Source: Leptogorgia sarmentosa (taxonomy: Eukaryota). Taken from it: a stretch of DNA of 64,000 nucleotides. Shown here piece after piece: positions 48,793-62,176 of this stretch. Below the pieces are notes generated by a model. It had not been told where the DNA came from. It saw only the letters and a list, made by a program, of their open reading frames with translations, and made no database searches. The stretch spans positions 4,402,001-4,466,000 of the forward strand of contig OZ210884.1 of assembly GCA_964658305.1 (NCBI GenBank), written 5' to 3'. Within the stretch, counting starts at the first letter, position 1; every line of letters starts with the position of its first letter. The position numbers were made by a program, and so were the translations under genes.

Positions 48793-51700
48793 TGTAGTAT
48801 GCAGTCCTCCCTATTTACAAGGCAATACAGTTTTGATGTTTGTGAGCAATCTCCGCTTCAATTTATGTAGATTTCAATATGCGAAAATTTTCTGAGCAAA
48901 CATTTAATTTTGCATGTCTAATTTCAAAAGATTGATTGATGGGCGAGAATATTAAAAAAAATCTACTTAATAAAATGCCGATTTAAATTCTGTGACAGAC
49001 GTTTTAATGTCAATAAAATGTGATGTTCACAATAAAATATTCACTTTATACAAAAAATCGACATCAAATTTAATTTCGCGCATTAAATATTTATTTAAAT
49101 AATAACTCCATCGATTTTCAGTTGGAAAGTAAATGATGTCCTCTGACAGTACATTAATGAAAAAAAACTTAATAATAATGCTTTGCGTTTTTTCCCGTAT
49201 CTTAATAACCATGGCCATGCATTGCGACGTATTAATTATAGTTCTCCAACACTTCACACTTACAGTACATATACGTTCAAGGTTGTCAGAAAACTAAGAT
49301 AAGAGGGTAGCAACAGTAAAGACTATTGATAAATTCACTGTTTAATTCCAGAATGTTAAAGCTTTGTAAACGGAAAACTTTTTCATCTTTATTAATGCAA
49401 ATTAAGAACGAATTTTAGATAGAAAAGAATATAGCTATACTAGTAAATTTTGTCTTAAAATGGTTTTGTTCCAAGTCTATTAGGAATAAGGTCTATTTTC
49501 TCTAACATTTCAAAACATTTCGTGCAAATATAAATCGTATATTTACACCAAATTCATGTTTAATAACATGATGAAATGAAAAATACCAATGAAAAATATC
49601 GGCAATACAAAAAATGGATGTATTCGTTTATATATATTTCACGAGGGAAACCCATTACTATAGATAGGATGAAATGCGCTTTAGTATCTGCATAAAGGCA
49701 TTTTATAGGTTATAACCGTAATACTGCTGTAGTGACGCATCGATCACATAGGGAATCACCCCCCCCCCCACCCTGGATGATGTCACATTCTTAATATTTG
49801 CACGAGGGTCTCTCCTTCAGTTTAGGGCTCTTTCTCCGTGAGGAATCGTCGACTATACCCGCAGATTTGGCGGATTAGTACTCAGTGATAATCCAGAGAT
49901 TTTCTATTACGGTATAGGCAATAGTGCGCGTCCTGTGTCGTGGCACTGCGATTGTTCGAATTGAGATTTCAAAATAAGGGGGAGCCATGGAAGACTCATA
50001 CAATATCAACAATTAAAAAGACAGCTAGGACTAGAGAACTCATCATCAGGCGCGTGACCTACTGTCCTCGGCGGTGAGATGAAACGATACAGTTCCGCGG
50101 GGCAAGAAATAAGGAAATGTCGGGCAAAATTACTGAAGATTTAAAGGAACTAAAATTCGAAACAATTTGGGAATTCGTTTACAAACAAAACTTATTTTCG
50201 GCTTACAAATATTTTTTTAACACGATCATAGAATAACCGTTTGCTACCAGACTCTAAACGTTCAAGCACCTAAAAGTGCTGCAGGAGTAGAACTAGTAGA
50301 ATGGGAACTGATGGGATTTGCCTAATTTTGGCTGGGAAAATGGGATTTAATTCACTGGGATTGGGACTCATAAAAAACCCCAGTAAAAATGGGAATGGGA
50401 TAAAGATTTGATGACCGGCATAGCCACGAAGACGATAGGATTTGTTCTCTTGGACACCGGGTTTTAGTCAAAACCGCTCGGCTCGCCCGAAATGTCATCT
50501 ATACGCGTGAAGACTTCATGATCACGCCCCTTTAGTCTGAGCTAACTTACTTGAAGATACTCTCACTCCAAGTCATTTGTAACTTCCTTGACATAGATAC
50601 GTCAATCAACATACATACATACGTCATAAAAACTCTTGAATTACTGAGCACCTATCCAAATATAAGGTACTTTCATTTCCATAACGTATCACAGAGAGGC
50701 ACTGAATTCTTGCTTTCAAATTTGCAATGTCACCGTTATCAATAAAACTACTTGTTTGTTTGTTTGGTTGGATTATCACTTAATTTGACTGACTGCACTG
50801 GTGAGTCGCATGATATCGTATTGTTAGTGTCCGTTTGACAACCGGAGCTAGATGCATGCATGCACGCGCAACCACTAATATTAGTTTAAAAATAGCCACC
50901 AATTCATTCCAATTCCAGTTGGGAGAAAAAAAAGAGTAGAATTTATATTTCTGTATGAAATGTATCTGGTTGGTACACCAGAAGAGTTTCTTCAACATGC
51001 AGATATAGGATTATGTAAACAATTAACTTTTTGAATTTTCAAGTTGCATGCGCACCGGCACAACGATGAATTTTAGTGTGATGAATTTTATACTACAGCA
51101 TAGGGATTACGGTGTAACCTACTTCGGTGTAAGTTTTATTGGCTGAAAGATAGCTAAATCAGGGAATGAAGGCTCTATGCAGCCGTCGTGTGTTTAACTT
51201 TCTAGCTGCAATCAGTTAACAACAAACGGATATATCCTACTGTGCGGAAATTGAATGTATAAACACTACACATGTGCAAATTTATGCATGTACGTAAATT
51301 GTAAAAAGGCTCTTTTTCTAACGACCCCAAATTAAATTTCAGCCTCTTAATGACTGAAGCTGTTTTGGCCCTACCCAACAGCCGTTTTAACCTGGCAAAT
51401 CTTAAAGAACATGTACGAGTCCTTTTATCTCTACAAATTAAACTATTCGACCCTACTTGCTATAACGACTCCCTCATTTTCCAATTTAGTCCCTCGCATT
51501 TTAAATCAGCCCCTTGGAGCGAAATAGCCCTCAGATTTAGGCCTATTTTGGCTCCTTCAAAGCGACTCTAATAGTAAATAGTGTACGTTTCACCCCTATA
51601 GTTGCCATTTTAGCCCTTGAATCTTTATTTTTTGTATTGTGAATTCCAATCATAGCCATGTATATCATATTACGCATGATATATTGACGCAGACTCGCAT

Positions 51701-53382
51701 TCAAGGGTGTATGAAAATGATTTGCAACCCGAAGATATTATCTTCGGGTTAAAGATATTCATAAATTTCAGCAAAAAATCTTATAATGATATACTAACAT
51801 ATATTACCACAATTGGAAATATTAACGTCTTGTTAGCAACAAATTATTGTATTATTCGGTATTGTAAACTTATCCAACCATACAACAAAGATGCTACCGA
51901 CCGAGCAGCAAATTTTGGAGCTGTGGAAATACCAGGTTGATATTCACGCGACATTCAGGGAATAAGAACTGGAACTATGTAGCTATCGGTTTTAATTTCT
52001 ATGGAAATTATAAAAACAAGGTGGCTCATGGGAGGTACAGAATGCATTTAGCAGCCAAAAACTATTTGGTGCATTTATATCACACACATTAGTCGACCTT
52101 TAACGCGATTGAACAATTCAGGTTGTTTCTTTTTCAGGTCTTGTGAGAATTGCTTCGTTCATATCCGGTCGTTCATCCGAAGGCACATGTGATTCTGACA
52201 AAGAAAACTGTGAAGGTATATAAAAGTTTATCATTGGGTTGATCATGCACTGTGGTAAATAATAAACTGCGTGAGGGCTAAACGATACTGATCATACTGT
52301 ATGTGAAGTCATTTTTCATTTCGCCCCGCATGCCAGTTAATCTTGATTGGCTATACTATATAATTTCACATGAGAGATTATTAACGATCATTTCACATCT
52401 CATATTCTTGTAAACCCCGAAATAAGTTTCAGATTTCCGCACATGCACATTTCATTCTAATTTAGTTTCTGTATATTGGTCTATAAACTGTTGAGCAACG
52501 AAAAACTCTAATTTCTTAATTTTGGGATTTGAAATATGCTAATGAAAGGACTAATGCATAGGCGACATTAAAAAAAATTTTGGAATAAATAGATATCACG
52601 TGAAGTTACCGAGCGAGAAAATTTTGAACATACAAGGTCTCTAGATCGCCGAATATGTACGAAGATGCCATAGAAGTTATAAGGCCAACATTGAAGTTGC
52701 ATTTTACTTTTATTTGCTCAACAAGAAGAAATCACCTGGCCCATGTATTGTTCATATTTTTCATGTCAACCTATAATTTCACGTTGCAAAATGCAAAATT
52801 CCCATTCCATTCATATTTGCATGACATTCATTTGCAACGTAGCGCGGGAATCTGTAATGAAACTGCTCTTCTGCGAATTATGCAGCTAGAATAGTTTAAT
52901 TTGTAGCGCCGATGTCGCTATTTTAGTTAACTTGAAACCATCTATTTGAGCCAAAGCATTTATAGTATAATGTTAATTAAGTATGCAGGCAGTTCGCCAA
53001 GCACGATATCACTATGTCGAAGGCTTATACAGTATAACTCTCTAGTAATTGGACCAAAGAAAGAAAATGTTATGAAGGGAAGAAACCCCAAATTAACTTT
53101 TAGCGAAGTGAATCGATAAATTCATTTTCAGTTATTGATTTTTACGGGAAATGAAGAAAGTCCTTAGCAACTAGTACTATAACGACGCACTCAAAGTCGC
53201 ATGGTAACCACTATACGTATATTTCCGTTAACGTAAACACGTCTAGCTTGTTAGGGACCCCCAACGTGCACGTAAGCAGCCATGCAGCTAGAGCAAAAAT
53301 TTTTTAGTATTTGAGTATGTGAGATTCGCTCGAGTTGTATTGTGCGAAGTTGTACATGAAATACTCAACACTAATAAGATTT

Positions 53383-56300
53383 TGTACACATATAATATTT
53401 ATTCACATATATTAAAGTAGCATCACAAAAGAATACAATTGATAATAACTCACCAAGCGCGAAACTAAGACTGTGACTATATGAATTCGCGCGTTATTTT
53501 ATACGTTAGCTAGTAAAGGCGAGGCGGAAATGCAATTAGGATTAGTGTCCAGATAATTGGGGCGCGTTAGCACTATTAGGCTAGGTGTTAAACGGAAATT
53601 TTAAGTTAATGTCATTTGCGGGCGTAACGGAAAAAATATGGGCGAGTTCATTTCCTAACAGCATTATGACGATGAATATTGTTCCAATGACGAATTATGT
53701 TTGCGTGCGCAAACGCATATTTTGCGCGTTCTTTGATTGTGTGGGTGACACTACAGGAGCCCCCTGCTAGTGCAGAAGTTAAGAATTAACGATGAACGAT
53801 ACTTTCACGTAGCGATCAGGAAAATGAACACGTCGGCCTGAGCGTGTGCGTCGAACTGGAGGTTCGTGTGGAACCACAGGTTGTTGGTTAACAGGCAGTG
53901 CAGGTTGCGTTGTTGAAGGTAACACAGTGGGCTCCAGGTCGAGGTGTGCTGGTTTCAGGCGGTCGATGGAGATGTTGTCTGTGCGATTTCCGAGATCGAT
54001 TTTGAAGTGTTTCGTGGAGCGCGAGATAACAAGATAGGGGCCATCATAAGGGGGTTGTAGTGGCTGTCGTACGGCGTCACGACGAATAAAAACATGCGTG
54101 CAGGTTTGAAGGCCAGTGGGTACATGAGATGCACGAGATGTAGCACGGGTGGGCGGAGGTCGCAAATCGTAAAGGGTGCTTTTGAGGCGGTCCACGTAGG
54201 AGGTAGGCTGCAGGTCGGCTTTCGAGGCAGGTTGATTGAAGTATTCGCCTGGTAAACACAGGGTTGTGCCATAAACTCGCTCAGCAACACTGTGGCCAAG
54301 ATCAGCTTTAACGGCGGTTCTGATACCTAAGAGAACGAGGGGTAGGCGTTCGCTCCAGTGGGTGGGATCAGCGGTTGCTTTCAGTGAGGCTTTCAACTGA
54401 CGGTGAAAACGTTCAACGAGACCATTTGCAATAGGGTGGTAGGCGGTGGTTCGAATTCGGGTTGTACCGAGGAATTGGGTGAGGCTAGCAAAGAGGGTAC
54501 TCTCAAATTGTCTGCCGCGGTCGGTTGTGAGAACCTGGGGAACACCAAAACGGGATATCCACGATGTGATGAAAGCTCTGGCAACGGACTCAGCTGTAAT
54601 GGTGGAAATGGGAATGGCTTCAGGCCAGCGGGTGAAACGGTCGATGCAGGTTAAGATGTAAGAATGGCCATTAGAAGTAGGTAAAGGGCCAACAAGGTCG
54701 ATGTGGACGTGGGAAAATCTAGCGGTGGGGATCGCAAATTGTGACAAGGGTGCACATGTGTGTCGTTGTATTTTGCAGCGTTGGCATTGAATACATGTTC
54801 GTGTCCACTGTCGTACGTCGTGGTTGATGTTGGGCCAAACATAGCGGTCGGTAATCAGACGCTGAGTTGCTTTGATACCAGGGTGGGAAAGATTGTGTAG
54901 AGCGTTGAAAATGGAACGGCGAAATGGCTTCGGAACAAATGGTCTTGGCTTACCAGTAGACATATCGCAAGTAATGGTGTTGGACGAGGTGGGTAAAGGA
55001 TGATCTTCGAATTTGAACGGTGAGGAGGGATTCATGCGGAAATCTCTGAGGGTGTCATCAGTGCGTTGAGCTTTCGCGATAGCGTGAAGGTCAATCGAGG
55101 AAGTGGAGACGGGTGTTAAGGTGGCGATGCGTGATAGCGCATCAGCGACAGGGTTGGAGTGTCCACTGACATGACGAATATCCGTGGTGAACTGTGCAAT
55201 AAAATCAAGATGTCGTATCTCGCGAGGTGAGTGGCGGGTAGTTGACTTGTGTAAGGCATAGGTGAGCGGTTTATGATCGGTCAAAACGAAGAACTCACGA
55301 CCTTCAAGATGATGACGGAAATGTCGGATAGCGAGGTACACGGCGAGAAGTTCGCGGCCAAAGGTGCTATACCGAGTTTCAGCGGGCTGAAGGCGCTTCG
55401 AGTAGAAACCGAGTGGTTGCCATGCATTGTTGACTTTCTGTTGGAGGACTGCACCCACTGCCACGTCGGAGGCGTCGGTCATAAGAGACAGCTCAGCGTC
55501 GGGTTTCGGATGTGACAGCAGAGTGGAGTTGGCGAGGGCGGTCTTTACCATGTGGAAAGCGGACTTGGCGGAGTCGGACCAAACTAGTGGAGAGTTGCGG
55601 GACTTTTTGGACGAGGCAGGAGAGGCAAGCATGTCGGTCAGCGGTTGAAGGATGCGTGAGCACTGGGGAATGAAACGTCGGTAGAAATTCACGAGGCCGA
55701 GGAATTCACGGAGCTTGGTTAGGGATTGTGGGAGAGGAAAATCGCGGATTACGTGAACTTTCGACTCGAGGGGTGTAATGCCGGTTGTACTAACTGAATG
55801 ACCAAGAAACTCGAGAGATGAAACACCCAAAACAGACTTTGTGGGGTTGATAATCACGCCATACTGTTGGAGACGGTCAAAAAGTAAACGTAATTGGGCT
55901 TCGTGGTCTGCAGGGTTATTGCTGGCGATGAGGATGTCGTCGATATACACGTAAACAAAATCCAGACCGCGAGTAACTTCGTCCATGAAACGTTGAAATG
56001 TTTGTGCTGCGTTGCGGAGACCAAACGGCATCTTCAAGAATTCAAATAAGCCAAATGGTGTGGTGATGGCAGTTTTGCAAATATCGTCGTCGGCCACGGG
56101 AATTTGATGGTAGGCACGAACGAGGTCAATTTTGGAGAAAATTGTCTTACCATGCAGTGCGGCGGAGAAATCGTGAAGATGTGGAATTGGATACTGGTCA
56201 GGTACCGTAACGCGATTAAGGGCGCGATAATCACCACAAGGACGCCAATCACCCGGTTGAGGCTTGGGAACCATGTGGAGTGGAAAGGCCCAATGACTGC

Positions 56301-57182
56301 TGGAGGGGCGAATAATTCCCGTGTCCAACATGTGCTGGAATTCGTCTTTAGCGACTTTCAGGCGAGGAGGTGGAAGGCGACGAGGTCGGGCTGAGCACGG
56401 CGGACCACGGGTGACAATATGGTGTGCGATGTGTGCTTCACCGTTGTCTGCTTGGTGGTAGGACGAATAGTTCGTGTATGGTGTTGGTGGTAATGAAGCG
56501 TAGACTGGGCTAAATGCCGGTAGGGTTGAGGTAACACCGTTGACGTGCAGGTGGGTTACCGCGTCAATCAAGCAGTGGTGGCGAAGATCGACCAGTAGAT
56601 TGTAGTGGCGGAGGAAATCAGCGCCGATGATGGCGTGTTTGACATCAGCGATGGTGAATATCCAGGAGAAGGAACGTCGGAGACCAATGTTGAGGGTTAG
56701 TGATCTGGTACCGTAGGTGGCAATTGTGGACGAATTGGCAGCCTGGAGATCATAACCTTGGCGATTAGTTCGGTCAGGTGGTCGTGGTGGAAGGACGCTC
56801 ACTTCCGCGCCTGTATCGATAAGGAATTGTTGCTTGGCCGTGGCGTCGGTTACGTAAAACAGGCGGCTTTGGTGGGAAACGCCAGACGAGTCAGCCGCGT
56901 CTATTGCCTGGCGTTGGAGTTTGACGGTGACGATTGTGGATGGAATGAACAGGGCGGTGAACACTTTCTCGCGGATGAACCGAATTTGGTGTGGTACCAA
57001 CAAGCGAGGGAGCCAGTGGCTGGTTCAGCAGGTGTACGAGGGGGACTGCCGTCACGGGTGGGAGAAGTTGAACGGCGGCTGTTCGAGCGGCTTCGGCGTC
57101 GTGAGTGATGACCGTTCCTGGGTTGGTTGAAGTTGCGGCTAAAATTGCTGATGGTGGTGGTCAGGTGTGACACTAGTTCACG
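53383..57182 (-). mobile_element. Second copy of the truncated CsRn1-like Gypsy element (LTR 53383-53755)
   Basis: Offset 21971 from the first copy with the same flanks and the same truncation, so it was copied by segmental duplication rather than retrotransposition. Confidence 0.93.
53779..56925 (-). CDS. pol: Gypsy pol polyprotein, second copy
   Basis: Same motifs; a few substitutions (HFN/HYN, WASP/WAFP, DGD/DDD). Confidence 0.92.
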   Translation of the reverse strand, partial: VKLQRQAIDAADSSGVSHQSRLFYVTDATAKQQFLIDTGAEVSVLPPRPPDRTNRQGYDLQAANSSTIATYGTRSLTLNIGLRRSFSWIFTIADVKHAIIGADFLRHYNLLVDLRHHCLIDAVTHLHVNGVTSTLPAFSPVYASLPPTPYTNYSSYHQADNGEAHIAHHIVTRGPPCSARPRRLPPPRLKVAKDEFQHMLDTGIIRPSSSHWAFPLHMVPKPQPGDWRPCGDYRALNRVTVPDQYPIPHLHDFSAALHGKTIFSKIDLVRAYHQIPVADDDICKTAITTPFGLFEFLKMPFGLRNAAQTFQRFMDEVTRGLDFVYVYIDDILIASNNPADHEAQLRLLFDRLQQYGVIINPTKSVLGVSSLEFLGHSVSTTGITPLESKVHVIRDFPLPQSLTKLREFLGLVNFYRRFIPQCSRILQPLTDMLASPASSKKSRNSPLVWSDSAKSAFHMVKTALANSTLLSHPKPDAELSLMTDASDVAVGAVLQQKVNNAWQPLGFYSKRLQPAETRYSTFGRELLAVYLAIRHFRHHLEGREFFVLTDHKPLTYALHKSTTRHSPREIRHLDFIAQFTTDIRHVSGHSNPVADALSRIATLTPVSTSSIDLHAIAKAQRTDDTLRDFRMNPSSPFKFEDHPLPTSSNTITCDMSTGKPRPFVPKPFRRSIFNALHNLSHPGIKATQRLITDRYVWPNINHDVRQWTRTCIQCQRCKIQRHTCAPLSQFAIPTARFSHVHIDLVGPLPTSNGHSYILTCIDRFTRWPEAIPISTITAESVARAFITSWISRFGVPQVLTTDRGRQFESTLFASLTQFLGTTRIRTTAYHPIANGLVERFHRQLKASLKATADPTHWSERLPLVLLGIRTAVKADLGHSVAERVYGTTLCLPGEYFNQPASKADLQPTSYVDRLKSTLYDLRPPPTRATSRASHVPTGLQTCTHVFIRRDAVRQPLQPPYDGPYLVISRSTKHFKIDLGNRTDNISIDRLKPAHLDLEPTVLPSTTQPALPVNQQPVVPHEPPVRRTRSGRRVHFPDRYVKVSFIVNS

Positions 57183-58670
57183 ATATTTCCCTCAGTGATG
57201 ATATTTTTCTCGGGGCAGAGCCCCTCGGAAAATATCATCACTTCGGGAAATATTACGCCGAATCCCCCTCGCTCCGGGTCTATAAATGATAAATACCAAA
57301 CCTTGATCTTGCTGTATTACCTCGCTATCTCTCGCTCAATACAGCAAGACCTCAAAGTTTGATATTTTCCCGTACAGCCCTCACTTTCAGTCAGTAAGTT
57401 GTTAATACTCAGGGCCGTAGCTAGAACGTTATAATTGAAGGCTCATCCGGGGTGAGTCAGAAAAACTGATATTTTGAAATTCAAATTAGCTGCATTTCAT
57501 CATTTAATCGCACCGACGTTTCCTGAATATCCCATAATAGGTATGAAGCATGTCAAATAAACAGACGATATAAATTCCGCCTGTGGGAGTCTGATCATGT
57601 ATTATTGTTAAATTGTAGCAAGAGCTTCTCGCGGTTAATATGAATTTTTAATCCAGGGTAAATATACCAAGTATATGCAATATATAGCTTATTCCGAAGC
57701 TGTTGTCACGGCATCATAAAATTATGGTAACGGAATGTTCACCAGCCACTGTGCAATACTGGTACAGCATTTAAAAAAAATTTTGCTTTTTATGTTCAGA
57801 GATAGCTATCATTAATTTGTACAATCAAATTGGCATACCCTGGAGTAAATGAAGTCACAATTTGTCTAATTTGAATATTTTCAAAAGGCAAATATCTCTT
57901 CAAGGAGACGATATAATGAGAGTTGATAATGAAGCATTCTTTCAATATAAACCATCACCACATTATCGGTTTCTCAATATATATCGTCTCCTTCAAGAGA
58001 TTTTCGCCTTTTGAAAATATACAAGATGGTTTATATTGAAAGGATGTTTCATGCATGCAGATGAAAATTAGGGATTGAAAATTTTTCCATATAACAGTGC
58101 CACTTTAAGCCGATGTTACACGGGATGATTTTCATTGCAATGCAAATGAGTTGCACGAGATTTGATTGGTTAAGCAGCTGTTGCGATGCGAATTCTCGTT
58201 AAAAATCATTCCGTGTAACATTGGCTAATTAAAGCATATCAATTATATGCTTGATTTAGCTGAAGAACACGCGTGCTACGTACATTTTATTGTAGGGATA
58301 TGAATTTTCGTGCTGCTCCTAGAATATAGTTGCATCGAGTTGAGTGTATATATATATATAGCTGCTGAGTACCATTCTTGATTAGTTAGGCGAGCAAACG
58401 GTTGATGCATGTATATTTCTATAAATTTCAGTTCACCATATTGAATTGATTTGTTCAGAGCGTCATGCAGTGCCATGTATGAATTTTCTTGTACATGCAT
58501 GTTATTTTTTCACCATAGGCGATTATTGGAATATCGATTATCCAAAAATTCCAACTTTTTATGTTAACCTCTGTTGATCTGCTCTCGTTTTTAGTGTTGC
58601 TTCGCTAGCGAAGGTGTTCGGCGCACTTGCCTTTAACTTTTTCACCTTACTAAGGAAAAGAACCAAATCG

Positions 58671-61600
58671 ATGGAGACGTCGGAAAATTATCGCGTAGCA
58701 AGAAAATCTTGCCGCGTAAGTAACACCAATAGCGACCGGAAATGGAACTTCTACCAACTGGCTAGAATAAAAAGTACATTCCGCATGCACATTAGGTCAC
58801 GTCGCCGGTTTGTTAAATTCTTATTGATGATGGGCTGCTTCACAATACTCTTTTTCTTAATATCTTCACTTTTAATGTACATATTTAAGAGTTGTGTCAG
58901 GCGGGCCTACAACACTAACATTACGTTCAACGAAGCTGGTGTAATAGATACAAGCAGCCGATGGAAAAAGCTTGGACTCGAAACATATCTATTCACTGCT
59001 TATATGGATGATCGTATTCCAGACTCCACTCTAATATCAGTTTTGGGGTTTGATAGTCATTCAGAACTTCTTCTTGATGGCACGTTGCTGCTTCACGGTG
59101 GCGAGAGAATTCCCCTCGGTACTTGTAAAGAGAAAAGAGCTCTAAACCCAAAATCATCCAAACAACTCAAGCCCTACGCATATCTGTGGCCGTTACCGTC
59201 TCAGGTTACCAATGCAACTGACCTCAAGTCGATCCTTGTACAACAGCTTCGTTCCATACCAGGTAATGCGAAGTAGACAGCGAGATACGGATTTTTTCCA
59301 TATCTTCACCGTTTATCATTTACCACAAATAAATTTGTTTTCAAAATGCCAATGGTTGTCTAAGAGTGCTGAATCAATTTTTGTTCTTTGGTCACTGAAA
59401 GAACAACATGTTTTTGTCGAGAAAATGGATAATAAATTAAATTTGGATAATATGTAATTATTCGAAGAAAATAGGATTATCGAAAATAGGATTATCGACC
59501 AAAAATTCACATTGCCAACTTGGGTTTATCACCATAAATTATAATGAGAAGAAAATGACACGGTGCCTAAAATCTTTTCACCACTCGAAAATAAAATTCA
59601 TATATTCGCGCCGCGTTGTATTATTCCTCTGACTAATAATTTTCATAAATTTATTCGTCAACTTGACTTGACAACTTTAAGCTATCGTCAAGAAATTAAA
59701 ATTAAACGATATTTTTGCGCAATGATATTCAAAAATTATTGATATAAATTTAATGTATTCTTGAATTGTCAAACGAGTGGATGCGGGTCGACTTAATTAG
59801 AACTTTATTTAGTTTTTCCACTTTTAATTGGCGTGACCTTTATTAAGTTTTGCAAGCACTCCAAAGAACATTGATTACTATATTTAGCTACAGTGAGATA
59901 AAAGAAATTATAATATTGTGGTTATTATCGTATAATAATAATTAAGTTACATCCATCTTTCTTCTAGCAATAAAATCTACAACTGTCTTAAAATTATCTG
60001 CGTTCAGAGTTTGTAATTTTAGTCTTATCAGAGGAGTGGGCAAAATGCTATTATTGCTATAGGATCAAAATGCACAAGCAGGGCCGTCGCTAGAACGTTA
60101 ATTGGGGGGGGAAGGGGGGGGTGCATATTCATATTTTGGCGTTCTGCCGACTGATTTCTTTAGAAATTAATTCATAAACAACTGATTTCAAAAGAAATCA
60201 GTCGGCTGAACGCCAAAATATGAATATGCACCCCCCAATTAGCGTTCTAGCGACGGCCCTGTGCACAAGTACCGAATTATGTAAGTTCAATTTTCTTCAT
60301 TTAGATGCAACAGCAGTTGAAATCCAAATCAAGCTTCCGGTATTTTCAAGAAAAACATTTGGGGTTTGCATTGAGTCACCTTTATTCGGGCCTATAAAAG
60401 CGACGACCATTATTGAAAACATCGAAATTAACAAAGTGCTTGGTGCAGAATGGTTTACTTTTTACATCTACAAAGCTGATCAAGCAGTAATTCAGGTAGT
60501 CGCATACTCTTTTGTAGTGGCGTCGTGTGAGCAGGGCCGTCGCTAGAACGTTAATTCGGGGGGGGGGGGTGCATATTCATATTTTGGCGTTCTGCCGACT
60601 GATTTCTTTAGAAATTAATTCATAAACAACTGATTTCAAAAAGAAATCAGTCGGCACAACGCCAAAATATGAATATGCCCCCACCCCCCCCCCCCAATTA
60701 ACGTTCTAGCGACGGCCCTGCGTGTGAGCTGTGCAACAGCTAGGGGAGGGCCTTTTCCGAAACAAATATTTTACTTTTACCACATGAAAATTGGAGGGGG
60801 CCGGTGTAACGGTGTCTTGCCTGACAAAAGGGAATAGTCATAATAATCAGGCGTTTTGAGTGTGGCGTTCTGATCATAATTTTAAAAATTTGCCCACGAA
60901 TGCTAATAAGCAATTTGAATTATGGGGAGGTGGAATCTGACGATGCGCCACCTTGGTTGGTGCCAAGCGAGAAAATGTTGAACAACTAGAACATTTAGAT
61001 CGCTGGAAATGGCTATTTCATGATCGTATCAAAAGAATATTTGTGAGGAAAAATGGCTTGTTTGGGGGCAAGCTTTACAGCAACCTAACCCGACCTTTCA
61101 TTACTTTTTCCGGATGAGCGTACGTTTCAACCAGTAATGTTTAACGAAGTGTCGCGCTATAATTTCTAAAACAAAATGCATTTCTTAAGTAAAGAAGAGG
61201 TTGAATATGTCTCAGTCAGTTCATCATTGTTCTCAATATGAGAAAAAATATGGATACTTTATACGCCCACGTGAATTAATACCATCAAACAAAAGCAATA
61301 ATTTTTGACATGATGATCAGCTAGTTTTTCCGATAACCGTTTGAATTTTCAAAAATTTCCGACAAGCCTCAATTTCTAGCGCGGACCATTGCCTTCCCCT
61401 GCAGCCCACTTGAACACGAAGCCACTACTTTTTTCAAAAGGAAACACTGATGTATAACCTGTAACCATGTGGCATAGTCAGCGTTATTACTTCTTTTATA
61501 GGTACTTCATGAATATGCGGCTGAAGGAACAGTTGAAATCATTGAGAATTGGGGAGACGGTTTGCCTGAAGATGATGTGCATTATTATGGTCAAACACTG

Positions 61601-62176
61601 AGTATCAATGAATGCGCTTACAGGAATATGTACAGGGTAAATTACCTAGTATACACTGATTTGGACGAGTTCATTGTTCCCAGAAAATCAATTGGATGGG
61701 CGAACATGATGAAGGAAATAGAGAATGACAGATATGCAACTTATATGTTCAGAAATACATTCTTCTTCGGAAAAATAAACAACTCGGCACTGGACAAAAG
61801 AAAAGGCATGGTGAGGTTTTCTCACAATGGATCGTGTGGCGTCAAATTGCCAAAATTTTTAACCTCCGTCTATCGTTCATGGAATGTTTATGAAGCGGAA
61901 GTAAAGTCAAAATACATTATAAAGCCTTTTTGCCCGTCCGTTTGTCTCGTGCACGAAGTCATACACAAAGGAAATTACGCCCTGTATGTTGTACCACCAG
62001 ATTATGCATTGATGAACCACTATCGAACTTTTCGTAATGGGGAATTGCCAGATGAGGAAAACATAGAAGGCCGCCAACGTATTCTGGATTGGGTAACGGT
62101 TGTCTATGTAGAAAAGATTGTTGCAGGATTGAGCGGACGTTTGTGTCGTCCACGGAAAGGAAATCCTAACAAATAA
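58671..62176 (+). CDS. GT92/DUF23 glycosyltransferase, copy 5; exons 58671-59262, 60305-60495, 61502-62176
   Basis: Same exon structure and motifs; open frames and GT-AG junctions. Confidence 0.88.
60079..60261. mobile_element. hAT-type MITE, TSD TGCACAAG
   Basis: Paralogue of 38172-38347. Confidence 0.9.
60532..60720. mobile_element. hAT-type MITE, TSD CGTGTGAG
   Basis: Paralogue of 38618-38804. Confidence 0.9.

Noticed and set aside
31412..57182. The two LTRs as ends of one giant LTR element
   Set aside because: Both are 3' LTRs with identical flanks and each adjoins its own pol; they arose by segmental duplication.
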